Shown: positions 10,191 through 20,808, numbered from the stretch's first letter. The stretch: 64,000 bases of DNA from an uncultured virus (IMG/VR IMGVR_UViG_3300017761_002881) (IMGVR_UViG_3300017761_002881), one strand, 5' to 3'. Numbers and translations are program-made. The notes: generated from the sequence alone by a model not told the origin.

Positions 10191-10916
10191 TTAAATATAA
10201 GAAAATTTAGTCATAAATCCATAATGTTTATGTTCTAAATTATTCCATTTAGATTCAAATAATTTTCTAGTTTTATTAACTAACGTTATTAATTCTCGAG
10301 GTTTATCTGACTTTTGCGTAAAATCAACTAAATTATGTTTCGAAAAATCTGCCCAGAATATATTAATAAACCCATCGAAATGTAATCTATATCCAAAATC
10401 TTGTAATTCACAATCACCAAAATATGATTCATCAAATCCATTATATTTTAATATATGATTTTTAGTAGTAAATAAAATTCCATCAGACCAAAGTACTTCG
10501 TATAATTCTGGATAATCATTTATCTTTTTATGGTAATATTCATATGTAGAATGCGGCCGTGCACCGACTAATCCTAAATTAGTATTTTGTTCGAATAATT
10601 CAATTAAATAATCGATCCATATTTCGTTAGTAATTTCCATGCCGTCATCTACATAACAAAAGTAATCATAATCATAATCATATTGCGCACCCGTATTTAA
10701 AGCTTTAGATATACTAAATTGTAAATTGCTACTTAATTTTATGATATCATGATTAAATTTATACTCACGAAATTCGTTAGTATCCTCATTTATTACTAAA
10801 CAAATTTTGTATTCAATATTAAATTTTTTTAAATTATTCACTAATGAATCGATACAATTAGAGACCAATTCTTTATTATGAAATAATGTAGGTATAACAA
10901 ATAAAACTTTTTTCAT
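10191..10916 (-). CDS. Glycosyltransferase family 2
   Basis: Probable start MKKVLFVIPT at 10916; SKALNTG, YVDDG, GFDESYF, ELQDFGYR. Confidence 0.8.
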   Translation of the reverse strand: MKKVLFVIPTLFHNKELVSNCIDSLVNNLKKFNIEYKICLVINEDTNEFREYKFNHDIIKLSSNLQFSISKALNTGAQYDYDYDYFCYVDDGMEITNEIWIDYLIELFEQNTNLGLVGARPHSTYEYYHKKINDYPELYEVLWSDGILFTTKNHILKYNGFDESYFGDCELQDFGYRLHFDGFINIFWADFSKHNLVDFTQKSDKPRELITLVNKTRKLFESKWNNLEHKHYGFMTKFSYI

Positions 10917-10920
10917 TTTA

Positions 10921-11673
10921 TTAATCTTTATATAAATATTTGTAAGTTTTTTCCATAAAATAATGAACTCGAGTAGAATTGACATTATTAGGAATTGCAT
11001 TGTAATGATATATCCATCCTAACTTTGTAAATAATAAATCGTCAGTTAATATCTCAAATCGATTCATATCGCACATATTAAATTCATACGGTAAATATTC
11101 TATATCAACCTTTTCTAACTGTAATAGATAATTTAACGGCGTTTGATCTGTACCTGTATGAAAAGTATTTTGCATTGATATAAGATTATCTTTATTTGAA
11201 AAATAAAAATCTAACATCTTTTTAAAGAAATCTTTATGACGTTTATTAAATACTTGAAATCCTCCGTTTATATATTGATGATATGGCACATTCACGTCTA
11301 TGTCATTAAAAATATATTTTTTATAATTTTCAATACTACGTAAAATCCAATCCTGACTACCTAAATTAACTACTCCTCCAAATTTATGATTTACTAGTTT
11401 AAAGAAATTTGGACATTCTGGATGTACAATTGTATCCGCATCAATCATTGCTATCTGATCGTATTCAATATTATTAGCTTCTAATATATCAAATATGTAA
11501 TACCGTTGCCAAGTAATTTTCGCTTCTTCGATTGGTAATAGTAAATCTTCTAATAAAAACAGTTCACAATTATTTTTTGTACAAAAATGTTCCCAACTTT
11601 TAATCGAATAGTTATATGTCTTACTACGAGAATCTCGTTGTATATATGGTATGAAAATTATATTTTTTTTCAT
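10921..11673 (-). CDS. Glycosyltransferase, GT8/GT34-like
   Basis: IAMIDADT, YINGGF, TDQTPLNY, IYHYN. Confidence 0.8.
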   Translation of the reverse strand: MKKNIIFIPYIQRDSRSKTYNYSIKSWEHFCTKNNCELFLLEDLLLPIEEAKITWQRYYIFDILEANNIEYDQIAMIDADTIVHPECPNFFKLVNHKFGGVVNLGSQDWILRSIENYKKYIFNDIDVNVPYHQYINGGFQVFNKRHKDFFKKMLDFYFSNKDNLISMQNTFHTGTDQTPLNYLLQLEKVDIEYLPYEFNMCDMNRFEILTDDLLFTKLGWIYHYNAIPNNVNSTRVHYFMEKTYKYLYKD

Positions 11674-12464
11674 TATTGATAGTTTTGTTTAATAATATTC
11701 CAAGTCTGCTGCATTAAAGAATTTCGTTGACTTCTATCAAATCCGCTAAAAAACCATATATAACCATACTTAATAAAAAACGGAGTTTGATCTTCATTTA
11801 ATTGCCAATTAAATGAAAACCAATCAAACCGATTCATATGAGTTAACATATACGGGGCAGATAAGGAATCTACTTTGATATTTTTCATTTGCAGTAAATA
11901 ATTATACACTGGCTGATCAGTGCCTCTAGCTACACCTTTTTGTAAATTTAAAATTTCATCTAAATTATCATAATAAAACTTTTTCAAATCTAATAAAAAT
12001 TCTTTATGGCTACTATCAAATATTTGAAATCCGCAGCTTATATATTTAGTAATATCAAAATTAAAATCATTAAACAATTGTTTATATCCTTGCACACCTT
12101 CATGAATCCATCGCAAATTTTCTAAAGATCTAAATGCTACTAAATTATCTGAGCATAGATTAAAAAAGTTCGGCGTATCCCATTTAATCATACTGCTACC
12201 ATCTACTACTGCAATTTTATTATACTCTATATTAAGTGATTCTACTTGTGCAAATACATCGAACCATCGCTGCCACGTAACTCGATGTTTATCAGTATCG
12301 TTATCAGTAGGCTGAGAATATTCGAAAAATATTATATCATGTTTATCACACCAATATTTCCAGGTATATTTAGAATATTGCAGGTATTCAAAATTTCCAT
12401 GTTTTTGTAATAGGTTACTATCCGTACTCTTTACTCCTATCCAAAATACTATATTTTTTTTCAC
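11673..12464 (-). CDS. Glycosyltransferase, GT8-like, paralogue of the adjacent gene
   Basis: Shares MKKNI, TWQR, GFQ.F, GTDQ and NYLLQ motifs with 10921..11673. Confidence 0.72.
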   Translation of the reverse strand: MKKNIVFWIGVKSTDSNLLQKHGNFEYLQYSKYTWKYWCDKHDIIFFEYSQPTDNDTDKHRVTWQRWFDVFAQVESLNIEYNKIAVVDGSSMIKWDTPNFFNLCSDNLVAFRSLENLRWIHEGVQGYKQLFNDFNFDITKYISCGFQIFDSSHKEFLLDLKKFYYDNLDEILNLQKGVARGTDQPVYNYLLQMKNIKVDSLSAPYMLTHMNRFDWFSFNWQLNEDQTPFFIKYGYIWFFSGFDRSQRNSLMQQTWNIIKQNYQ

Positions 12465-13096
12465 TATTGTATCTTTTTTAATATTAAACCAAAATCGTCG
12501 TTCAACGGCCTACGTATTGAATATACTGTAAGAAACCCTAGATCATATACCCATGATATAAAATCATTTTCATTAGCCCAATAAGAATAATGAGGTCCGT
12601 GGTTTAAATATTCGTTATATTTAGATAAAGGTATTTGTATATGTAATATGCCATCGTCTTCGAGATTGTCATAAAATATTTTCATTACCTTTTCTGGATC
12701 GTAGCAATGCTCTAAAGTATGCGATGATGTGATACATTTAAACTTTAAATCAAATCCCAATCCATTATGTACATCCTGTCTTTTTAATTTAGTATGTAAA
12801 GAAGTATTTAAAGATTTCCACATTTCTTCTGCCTCATAACCGATATCTATACCATACACATTTTTATAACCATCTGATGTTAATGCTATTACTACTTTAG
12901 CATTTCCTCTACATCCTACATCAATTATATTATCTAAAGGATCTAATTTATATCCATACGAATTTAGGTCTTGTATAAAATGGCTATGATTTGTATCTCC
13001 ACCGCTTCTTCTATTTTGATTATTTACATATATAGTATAATCTTCATCGCTTTCTACTTTTTTTATTTCGTATTTATTATACTTTACTATTTCCAT
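12464..13096 (-). CDS. Class I SAM-dependent methyltransferase
   Basis: IIDVGCR, VYGIDI, SHTLEHCYDP, L..DGILHIQIP. Confidence 0.85.
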   Translation of the reverse strand: MEIVKYNKYEIKKVESDEDYTIYVNNQNRRSGGDTNHSHFIQDLNSYGYKLDPLDNIIDVGCRGNAKVVIALTSDGYKNVYGIDIGYEAEEMWKSLNTSLHTKLKRQDVHNGLGFDLKFKCITSSHTLEHCYDPEKVMKIFYDNLEDDGILHIQIPLSKYNEYLNHGPHYSYWANENDFISWVYDLGFLTVYSIRRPLNDDFGLILKKIQ

Positions 13097-13100
13097 AATA

Positions 13101-14039
13101 TTATTTTGTTAAATTTTTAATTAATTCATTTTTAACTGAATTTATCGAATATAATGCATTAACCTTTTCCCATGCTAATGATATCATTTTAATTAAATAC
13201 GATTCTTCGTTTAAGCATTTACTTATTTGCTGTTCTAATATTGAAAAATCGTTAGTAGCGGTAGACGGAAATAAACTATAAAAAGGATCATTACATCCTC
13301 CAAAATTAACTACTCCTAATGCTGCACACTGACACGTTTGCTGTACGCTATAACAATACGGATCTAAGTTAATATGAAATAAACTTTCTCTCCAAGACAA
13401 TATAAAATCTCTCCATTGATTAATATTATCGCCTGTAGTATTAGCAGTTACGATAGGAATATTATACTTGTCGCTAATATAATTACAAAATTCTGCTGTA
13501 TACCCTCTCCGGGCATGTACATTATTGTTGTATTGAAATAACTGTATTTTTTTAGTTTCGCAGAAAAAGTTATTATATAAGTAATCAACATCTATAGGCT
13601 GTGCTAAACAAAAAACGTCCGCGGTAGGATTACCGAGCCATGTGATAAATTCATTACTATTTGTTGTTAAAAATGGCATAGCAATTTTATCGCAACTATT
13701 TAAAAAATCGATCCTCGTTTGATTTAATTCTTTTATTGTTCCTAATACTATAGCATTTTTATATTTATTACGAATTCTAGATAAATTATCTTGCCAGTTA
13801 TCTAATTGTAGTGCTGCTATAATAATATCTAAATTTAAATCAGGCAGAGGCGTTTGGTCTATTTTTATAAAATAACCATCCCCAAATAATTTAGGGTAAG
13901 ACCAAAATCCAATATGACATTCATTATTTATAGAATGAGGAAATTGATAAGGTATATTAGTACCTAACTTATAACTTTTACCTTCGTTAATTTGAAAGGA
14001 CTCTTGTCTACAATTATCTACAATTAATGCTAATTTCAT
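13101..14039 (-). CDS. Hypothetical protein, possible GT-B glycosyltransferase
   Basis: 312-aa ORF inside the glyco cluster; QCAALGV resembles the GT-B EA..G.P motif. Confidence 0.5.
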   Translation of the reverse strand: MKLALIVDNCRQESFQINEGKSYKLGTNIPYQFPHSINNECHIGFWSYPKLFGDGYFIKIDQTPLPDLNLDIIIAALQLDNWQDNLSRIRNKYKNAIVLGTIKELNQTRIDFLNSCDKIAMPFLTTNSNEFITWLGNPTADVFCLAQPIDVDYLYNNFFCETKKIQLFQYNNNVHARRGYTAEFCNYISDKYNIPIVTANTTGDNINQWRDFILSWRESLFHINLDPYCYSVQQTCQCAALGVVNFGGCNDPFYSLFPSTATNDFSILEQQISKCLNEESYLIKMISLAWEKVNALYSINSVKNELIKNLTK

Positions 14040-14041
14040 AC

Positions 14042-14944
14042 TTATAATTTACCTAAAAATTCATTACACGTACCATTCATAATTTTAAAAATATTATCTA
14101 AACGATGGGTAGCTGTATGATTTTTTTCGAAAATATTTTTTGCGTTTAATTTTACATCGTTAATCTTATTAAGATCCGATAAATACACATTTAATAAATC
14201 AGGAATTTCGTTTATATCTTTAAACCAAACTAAATGTTTATGATTTATAAATAATTCATCTAATTTATCAAAATATTGCGTAAATGCAAACCCGCCAGCA
14301 GCTATTATGTTATACAATCGATTAGACGTGCCCCCTATCATCGATGAGCCACATCTATCGTCCCATTCATTATTACTTATATTTAAACTAATAGGCGTTG
14401 TTTTATAAATATAACTCTGGTCCATCGTAACATGTTCCCCTTGTAATAAAGTAACGCTTGTTAACTCAGCTATATACTTTAAAATATCTCCCCTGTTAAC
14501 ATCCTGAGAATAAGTATTTACATTTCCGATAAACACGCAGTTTGTATTTAAATTTCTTCCAAACTTAGTTTCCCATACATGCCCCGGTTGTGGCATATAA
14601 TATACACCGTTTTTAGAAAATCTATTATAATCATCAAAATAGTTATAATACGGCAAAAACATATAATCGACTAGATTAATAAATCTAGGATCAGAAAACC
14701 AATCAGCTTTTCGATAATCCCACATCCACCATCCTATTTTTACATGTTTAGGTATAAAATGTATATTCGATAATATGTGCTGTCCTTCTTGGCCGCCGCC
14801 GGCTAGTAAAACAAAATCTACTGACTGATCAATTTTATACGCCTCGTAAAAGTCGTATACTTTAATCCCTGTTTTATATATCGAACTAAGCTCTCCACCG
14901 CTTAATTTAGACGAGTTTAATAATACTACTTTATTTTCAAACAT
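14042..14944 (-). CDS. Glycosyltransferase (CgeB/GT1-like C-terminal domain)
   Basis: ISLNI, SNRLYNIIAAGGF, LDELF, HTATHRL. Confidence 0.78.
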   Translation of the reverse strand: MFENKVVLLNSSKLSGGELSSIYKTGIKVYDFYEAYKIDQSVDFVLLAGGGQEGQHILSNIHFIPKHVKIGWWMWDYRKADWFSDPRFINLVDYMFLPYYNYFDDYNRFSKNGVYYMPQPGHVWETKFGRNLNTNCVFIGNVNTYSQDVNRGDILKYIAELTSVTLLQGEHVTMDQSYIYKTTPISLNISNNEWDDRCGSSMIGGTSNRLYNIIAAGGFAFTQYFDKLDELFINHKHLVWFKDINEIPDLLNVYLSDLNKINDVKLNAKNIFEKNHTATHRLDNIFKIMNGTCNEFLGKL

Positions 14945-14945
14945 A

Positions 14946-15884
14946 TTATTTTTGTATATTAAACCAATTAATAGTTTTCTCGATACCTTCCTGTAACGAA
15001 TGTTTCGGGGTCCAATTAAAATCTATATTCATATTATGATATGATACTTTTCGATTATAGATATTATCTATTATTCTAGGCAGCTCGGACTGTATATTAA
15101 TATCTGAATAATAATTTTTTAAAATTTGTATTAGATCATTATTCGAATAATTTAAATTCGTCGACACATTATATGTACGCCCGAGAGATTTTGTATTAAA
15201 TGCTATTAATAAAGTAGCATCAATTACATCTTCAATAAATGTATAATCTCTCGTATAATTTCCATCGCCATATATTGTTAATGGTATTTTATGTATAGAA
15301 TTATAAATATACTTTCCTATAACGCCGCAAATTTTATCTTTTGGCGTTTGGTTATATCCATATACATTCGAATAACGTATAACCGATACTGGTATATTGA
15401 ATTGCTTATGATATAGCATTGTATAATTTTCGCCTAAATATTTAGTAGCTGCATATATACTAGATATACTTATCGGAGTTTGTTCTGTAATAGTTTGGTC
15501 ATTACAGTCCCCGTATACGGAACATGATGATGTATATATAAATCTTTTTAAATTTAAATTCTTATTTTTTGATAAATAATCTAATATATTAAGAGTACTA
15601 ATTGCATTAGTTTCTAAATCTATGTTAGGAATATTATTCGATTTAGATATTTGTATACATGCTAAATGAAAGATAAAATCCGAGTCATTCAAATGTTTAG
15701 CATAAGCATCGATGTTTAATACTGACTCAGTTATAATTTCTAACCTATTACTTTTATCTAATCTAGACAAATCTCCGTTTAATAAATTATCTACTACTAC
15801 AATTTTACAATTATAGTTTCTTAATAAGAAATTAGTTAAGTTAGATCCGATGAATCCAGCGCCACCTGTTATTAAAATTTTCAT
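14946..15884 (-). CDS. NAD-dependent epimerase/dehydratase
   Basis: ITGGAGFIGS, TSSCSVYG, YAATK, RYSNVYG, RDYTFIED. Confidence 0.92.
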   Translation of the reverse strand: MKILITGGAGFIGSNLTNFLLRNYNCKIVVVDNLLNGDLSRLDKSNRLEIITESVLNIDAYAKHLNDSDFIFHLACIQISKSNNIPNIDLETNAISTLNILDYLSKNKNLNLKRFIYTSSCSVYGDCNDQTITEQTPISISSIYAATKYLGENYTMLYHKQFNIPVSVIRYSNVYGYNQTPKDKICGVIGKYIYNSIHKIPLTIYGDGNYTRDYTFIEDVIDATLLIAFNTKSLGRTYNVSTNLNYSNNDLIQILKNYYSDINIQSELPRIIDNIYNRKVSYHNMNIDFNWTPKHSLQEGIEKTINWFNIQK

Positions 15885-16894
15885 ATAGTAATAGTATTAA
15901 ATGTTAATAAAATATTATACCAATATAATAATAAATTTTCAATAGTAAAAGTTTTTTTCATTAATTCTCTCGAATTATTTATAATATCCTTACATTCTTT
16001 AGGATGAGATTTTACCCAATCGATTTTTTCTTCTAAATCAGACCAATCTAATTTACATGGTATATATGTTTCATACGGAATGTAAATATTAGGATATGTA
16101 TTTATTAAGGACATATCAGGTTTAATCATTACACTTCCGTGCTGTATAATTTCAAAATCTCTAAAACATATTTCTCCCATCCCATATGGCGATAATGTAC
16201 ATTTACTACGTCGTAGTATATTTACAAATTCTTCATATGGTCGTTTATTAATTTCATAACTAATACCATTTAATTTATTTAAAATTTCCCATGGGGCTAA
16301 TCTATGATTAGTATAGTATATATCATTTCTAACACAATGATCTGTATTTTCTATATGTTGTCCTTGATATATAGCACATACATCGATATCGCGATCTATA
16401 GTACTAGTATCAAATATTAAATAACTAGGATTATGATATCCATGATTCCAGCCTGTTAGACGTATGTTATCATATACTGATTGTGGTATGTTATATGCAA
16501 TATCAATGTCCGAGCCATTTCCGAAAAACCATTTGTTAAATGCAGAAGGTGTTGCATATTGTTCTCGAGATGTTAGGGCAGTCTTAAATAAATACTTAGC
16601 ATTCGATTGCAAAAATACCTCATACGAACCTAACAATGATGTAGAGTCAGATCCATCAAATAAACAATAATCTCCTGACTTATTTTGCAAATTAGTAATA
16701 CCATATTCAATACTATCATTCAATGTAAGTTTACGGTTAATAAAATCATGCATGCCGATAAACTCAATATCATAACTTCCATCGTCTATAAATTGTACAC
16801 CAATATCATTAAAATAATGACTATACATTAAAAATGGTCTAAAGGTATGACTATTACGGCCTTTATTCCAGTTAGTTAATTTAATTTTTATCAT
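15881..16894 (-). CDS. Glycosyltransferase-like protein (GT-B type)
   Basis: SKCTLSPYGMGEICFRDFEII..GSVMIKPD, DWSDLEEKI. Confidence 0.68.
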   Translation of the reverse strand: MIKIKLTNWNKGRNSHTFRPFLMYSHYFNDIGVQFIDDGSYDIEFIGMHDFINRKLTLNDSIEYGITNLQNKSGDYCLFDGSDSTSLLGSYEVFLQSNAKYLFKTALTSREQYATPSAFNKWFFGNGSDIDIAYNIPQSVYDNIRLTGWNHGYHNPSYLIFDTSTIDRDIDVCAIYQGQHIENTDHCVRNDIYYTNHRLAPWEILNKLNGISYEINKRPYEEFVNILRRSKCTLSPYGMGEICFRDFEIIQHGSVMIKPDMSLINTYPNIYIPYETYIPCKLDWSDLEEKIDWVKSHPKECKDIINNSRELMKKTFTIENLLLYWYNILLTFNTITI

Positions 16895-17514
16895 AAGGTT
16901 TCGTAGTAGCTATTTTGACGTTCCTGACGATCGATCGTCTTTGGATGATATAGTGCCCATTCCTCTTCTGGCGGAAGCATGCCATGGCTATTAAATCCTT
17001 CTACTACTTCATGAACTTTATTTTTCCATCTTATATGAGGAGCTTTTTTATAGATTCTCATTTGCCAATCAGCCCAATTTACCCATCCTTTTTCATTTAC
17101 ATTCCATCCCCATTTAGCAATATGGTCCTGAGTTAAACCATCTACCGTATTTACTCTAGGTACTCTGATCATATCAGCTGTTTGGTTATCTTGTAGTAAT
17201 GCAGGTAAGTTTTCAATTAAGTTAATATGGGGTATTTCATCTGCATCAATTTGAAAGATATAATCTCCCGTACACATCGAATTGAGCTTATTCTTCCAAT
17301 TAGCAAAGTGACCGTCAAAGTTATCCTCTTTTAGAAGTATCCACCTTGTAGTTTCGTACTTATAAAGTTCAAAAAGCAATTCCTTAGATGCTTTAGGTTT
17401 GTCTACTAAAACACAAATCTCATCCTCAGATCGCTTTTTTATATAGAGTAGCTCAATAAGACGCTTAACTTCCTCTAGTTCATTACATACTGTGATTGCA
17501 TAACTAATTTTCAT
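16891..17514 (-). CDS. Glycosyltransferase family 2
   Basis: ISYAITVCNE, IFQIDADE, RVPRVN, DWQMRIYK, VHE. Confidence 0.88.
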   Translation of the reverse strand: MKISYAITVCNELEEVKRLIELLYIKKRSEDEICVLVDKPKASKELLFELYKYETTRWILLKEDNFDGHFANWKNKLNSMCTGDYIFQIDADEIPHINLIENLPALLQDNQTADMIRVPRVNTVDGLTQDHIAKWGWNVNEKGWVNWADWQMRIYKKAPHIRWKNKVHEVVEGFNSHGMLPPEEEWALYHPKTIDRQERQNSYYETL

Positions 17515-18007
17515 CTGATTCTACTTTAGCCGTTTCATAATGTTCAGTAATAATTTCATAGAAACAATCTAATGCATTTTCGAATAACGCTTTATCATAC
17601 AATGTAGCGTTAGCCGTATCGATCATTGTAGAATAAAATTCTCCTTCAGCTCCTGGTATTGGATATTTGTTTTGCTGACTTTCTGGCAATTCAATTACCT
17701 TAGCTACTTCCCAAATCATATCAGTTGCATCAGTACCAGAACAATACAGCATTGCCCATGGGGAGCGCAGAAATGCTGGATACCATACTAGATTTGTATC
17801 TGTATCTACAAATCTTAACTTACGCATTAGCTGCGTAATAGACTTTTCATATTCTGTTACAGCTTCAGATCCTTCGATTAACTGATCAGTTGTTACGAAT
17901 CCGGATTCCATACACATATGACTAGCAATACCGTTAGACTCATCTGCCTCGGATAATACACACATGTTCTTTGTTATAGGAGATATAGCATCATATTCTA
18001 ATTTCAT
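17504..18007 (-). CDS. Hypothetical protein
   Basis: 167-aa ORF overlapping both neighbours. Confidence 0.7.
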   Translation of the reverse strand: MKLEYDAISPITKNMCVLSEADESNGIASHMCMESGFVTTDQLIEGSEAVTEYEKSITQLMRKLRFVDTDTNLVWYPAFLRSPWAMLYCSGTDATDMIWEVAKVIELPESQQNKYPIPGAEGEFYSTMIDTANATLYDKALFENALDCFYEIITEHYETAKVESDEN

Positions 18008-19332
18008 GCTTCAACCTTTTTAAGTTTTGGTAATGTAATTTTAGGAGCTTCTGTAGTCTCTCCTACTTTCTTTAATTTTGGTAATTGTAGCTGTACTTGT
18101 TTAGGTACTGAATTTAATCCCTCATCTACAATAGCACAAAATTGTTCTGCCATCTGTGTTAATGAAAATTCTGTCCTACTAACATGTGCTTGCTTTTTAG
18201 CATTCTGTAAATAATTTTTATAATTATCTACCACATCACGTAACACTGCTGCAGCATATCCGTAGTTTACTGTAAACCATTTACCTTCTTTCAATATCCA
18301 TTGGTCCGCAGCAGACTTATGTACTTGAGTCAATTCTCCAGGCAACAATACTGAATGCTTAAGAAAATCTACTTGACCTGACCAGTTTGGAGCTATTACC
18401 GGTTTTTCAGTTACGGTAAATTCCAGTAATGGACGTCCATATCCTTCGCCATGGGTAAATGATACCATTGCTTTAATCTTGGGATGATTATATAACGCAT
18501 TCATTTGTTCTTCTGACAAGTCACCATGGATTAAATAAATGTTAGGTGCATTGATACCATATGGTTCCGTAATTTGCGTTATCTTACGCATTACTTCTTC
18601 TCGATCCACAATACTAAATGTGGCATGACTAGTTTTAAGAATTAAAGCTGGACGATTATGTTTGGCTTTATTCCTAAAGGATTCACAGAATGTTTTAATA
18701 AGCATGCCGACATCTTTACGATCTGCACCTAGATCTCCTTTCAACCAATGCCCTACAAACAAGTAACAGAACGTATCTTTGATATCTTTTAGTTCGGTTA
18801 ACACATTATCATAGTCAGGCTTATCCTTGTGATAAACATCTAGATCTAAACCTTCAAATAGAACTCTAATAGGTTTTTCTAACTTGATAGTACCTAGCGG
18901 TTGATTAGTATTTTTATCACGTTTTTCATAATTAGTATTTTCAAATCCGGCCTTAGAATGTTCTGAGGTTGTAATGATAAGATCCATACGATTACATCCC
19001 TCTAAAAACTCTCCCGATACAATGTCAGTTTCAATACCAGCAGTTACACCAATGTTATACTTACCCATAGCTTGAAACTCATTCGGGATAGATACTTGAA
19101 TAAATACATCTGGCTTAACGGTAATGTTTTGACGTGCAATGCATTCATCGATAGCTTTATGTTTAGTATTGTTTAAATCTAAAGCATTCATAGGAGTAGC
19201 TCCCCATGGCAATGATATAATTTTGATATCATATTTACCAGATTCGATTAGACTATAAGCTAAGTCTCGAGTATGATCTCCATATCCAGAGCGTGTAGCC
19301 ACTGGACCTTGTATTACAATAAACGGTTTCAT
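18004..19332 (-). CDS. Glycosyltransferase family 4 (GT-B)
   Basis: Probable start MKPFIVIQG at 19332; RSGYG, FLFVG-like YLFVGHW, RKDVG, HGEGYGRPLLE, PVIAPNWSGQVDF. Confidence 0.88.
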   Translation of the reverse strand: MKPFIVIQGPVATRSGYGDHTRDLAYSLIESGKYDIKIISLPWGATPMNALDLNNTKHKAIDECIARQNITVKPDVFIQVSIPNEFQAMGKYNIGVTAGIETDIVSGEFLEGCNRMDLIITTSEHSKAGFENTNYEKRDKNTNQPLGTIKLEKPIRVLFEGLDLDVYHKDKPDYDNVLTELKDIKDTFCYLFVGHWLKGDLGADRKDVGMLIKTFCESFRNKAKHNRPALILKTSHATFSIVDREEVMRKITQITEPYGINAPNIYLIHGDLSEEQMNALYNHPKIKAMVSFTHGEGYGRPLLEFTVTEKPVIAPNWSGQVDFLKHSVLLPGELTQVHKSAADQWILKEGKWFTVNYGYAAAVLRDVVDNYKNYLQNAKKQAHVSRTEFSLTQMAEQFCAIVDEGLNSVPKQVQLQLPKLKKVGETTEAPKITLPKLKKVEA

Positions 19333-20783
19333 AATATACCTACTTGTTCTTTTTGTTTTGACTTTTCTACTTTGTAAACAGAATATTTTTTTCTCGGAGT
19401 CCAATTAGATAAACATGTATTAATACATTCTATCATACGAGCTCCTAGACGGCGCGCCGACATATTCGATTCTGTACTGCGCATCCATGCATGTCCAATA
19501 CGACCCATCGCCTTACGCTCTTCACGTGACATGTCATACCAATAACGAATTGCATCTGATACATCTTCAAATTTGCAACGATCATCAAATATATAAGGCG
19601 TCATTGGAGAGCCTTGTAATGATCGGTTTGATGGAAATACTGGCTTAGCCCATTGGCCACATTGAGTAACTACACCTGTATGATTACTAGGGAAGTCTGA
19701 TGTAAATTCAATCCATTCGCCGTCTTCTGTTTGGAATCGACAATGGTCTTGCAATCCACCAGTTACATTGTTAATGATAGGCGTACCTGACATTACCGAC
19801 TCTGCACCAGATAACCCAAAGCCTTCATTAGATGCTATATTAACAGTTACATCTGCTATATTATAAAAGTAATTCATTTGTTTAGTATCTACTGGCTGAT
19901 TACTAAATATTACTTTATACTTAGGGCAACATGTATTTTTAACTGCCATCAAGTCTGTACCATTTTCATCTACAATAGCCGTATGCATTAACAATACACA
20001 CTTAGCAGCTTTTTCTTTTGGTAAACTTTCACAGAAATGATTGAACGCTAAAATAACATCTCCGGGTTGTTTACGGCGAATGTTTCGGTTGTTCCAGAAT
20101 ATAACAAAGTCAACATCATTAGCCGTTTTAAACTCTTCTTGGAATTTGTTGTAATCGTTCCATTCGGGCATTGATGGATCAATCGGAAAGAAATGTTTTT
20201 CATTGATACCATGAGGTACCCATTGTACTGCCCAATCTTCTTTTGGATTACGTTGCAATACGTTCTTCACAATATTCTGCGTCTGTCGTGAAATGTTCAT
20301 TAACAAATCACATGACTCATAGTATGGCTCATTCCAATACGGATACGGAAGATCATCCCAGATGTTATAATACATCAATGGAATCTCTTGACGAATCTCA
20401 TGTTCTATTTGATATAGCCAACCCCAGAAGCGAGGATCTGTAAAGTGCAGAATTGCATCAGGCTTTTCTAGAAACATTATTTCTCGCAATACTCGTGCAT
20501 CCCCATATCCGTTATAAGGATATATTTTACATGATGCATCTTCTACACCTGTCTCTTTTACGAGTTCAGCACTAATATCGATAATCTTACCGACATCTGG
20601 ATGTTGTATTGCTGCTCCTAACTGTACCCAATCAAACTCTCGACATGAATTAAGTACAATTTCTCGTGACATTGTTGCTATACCAGAATGCATTCTTAGG
20701 TCATCTGATAGCAATAAAATTTTCTTTTTCTTAGGCTTGTTAGGATCTATTTTCCTAAGCGTTGGTAACTGTAACTTTTGCAT
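19329..20783 (-). CDS. Glycosyltransferase family 4 (GT-B)
   Basis: ILLLSDDLRMHSG, NRNIRRKQPGD, SNEGFGLSGAES, GTPII...GGL. Confidence 0.9.
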   Translation of the reverse strand: MQKLQLPTLRKIDPNKPKKKKILLLSDDLRMHSGIATMSREIVLNSCREFDWVQLGAAIQHPDVGKIIDISAELVKETGVEDASCKIYPYNGYGDARVLREIMFLEKPDAILHFTDPRFWGWLYQIEHEIRQEIPLMYYNIWDDLPYPYWNEPYYESCDLLMNISRQTQNIVKNVLQRNPKEDWAVQWVPHGINEKHFFPIDPSMPEWNDYNKFQEEFKTANDVDFVIFWNNRNIRRKQPGDVILAFNHFCESLPKEKAAKCVLLMHTAIVDENGTDLMAVKNTCCPKYKVIFSNQPVDTKQMNYFYNIADVTVNIASNEGFGLSGAESVMSGTPIINNVTGGLQDHCRFQTEDGEWIEFTSDFPSNHTGVVTQCGQWAKPVFPSNRSLQGSPMTPYIFDDRCKFEDVSDAIRYWYDMSREERKAMGRIGHAWMRSTESNMSARRLGARMIECINTCLSNWTPRKKYSVYKVEKSKQKEQVGIL

Positions 20784-20808
20784 TAATAACTCCGTAACCG
20801 TTCTTTTT

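Noticed and set aside
3146..20783. Bacterial LPS/capsule locus, i.e. a host-prophage junction or chimera
   Set aside because: Same strand and packing as the phage genes, shares the phage TATTTATA motif, has no transport or polymerase genes, no integrase or att site is seen, and phage-type genes flank both sides.
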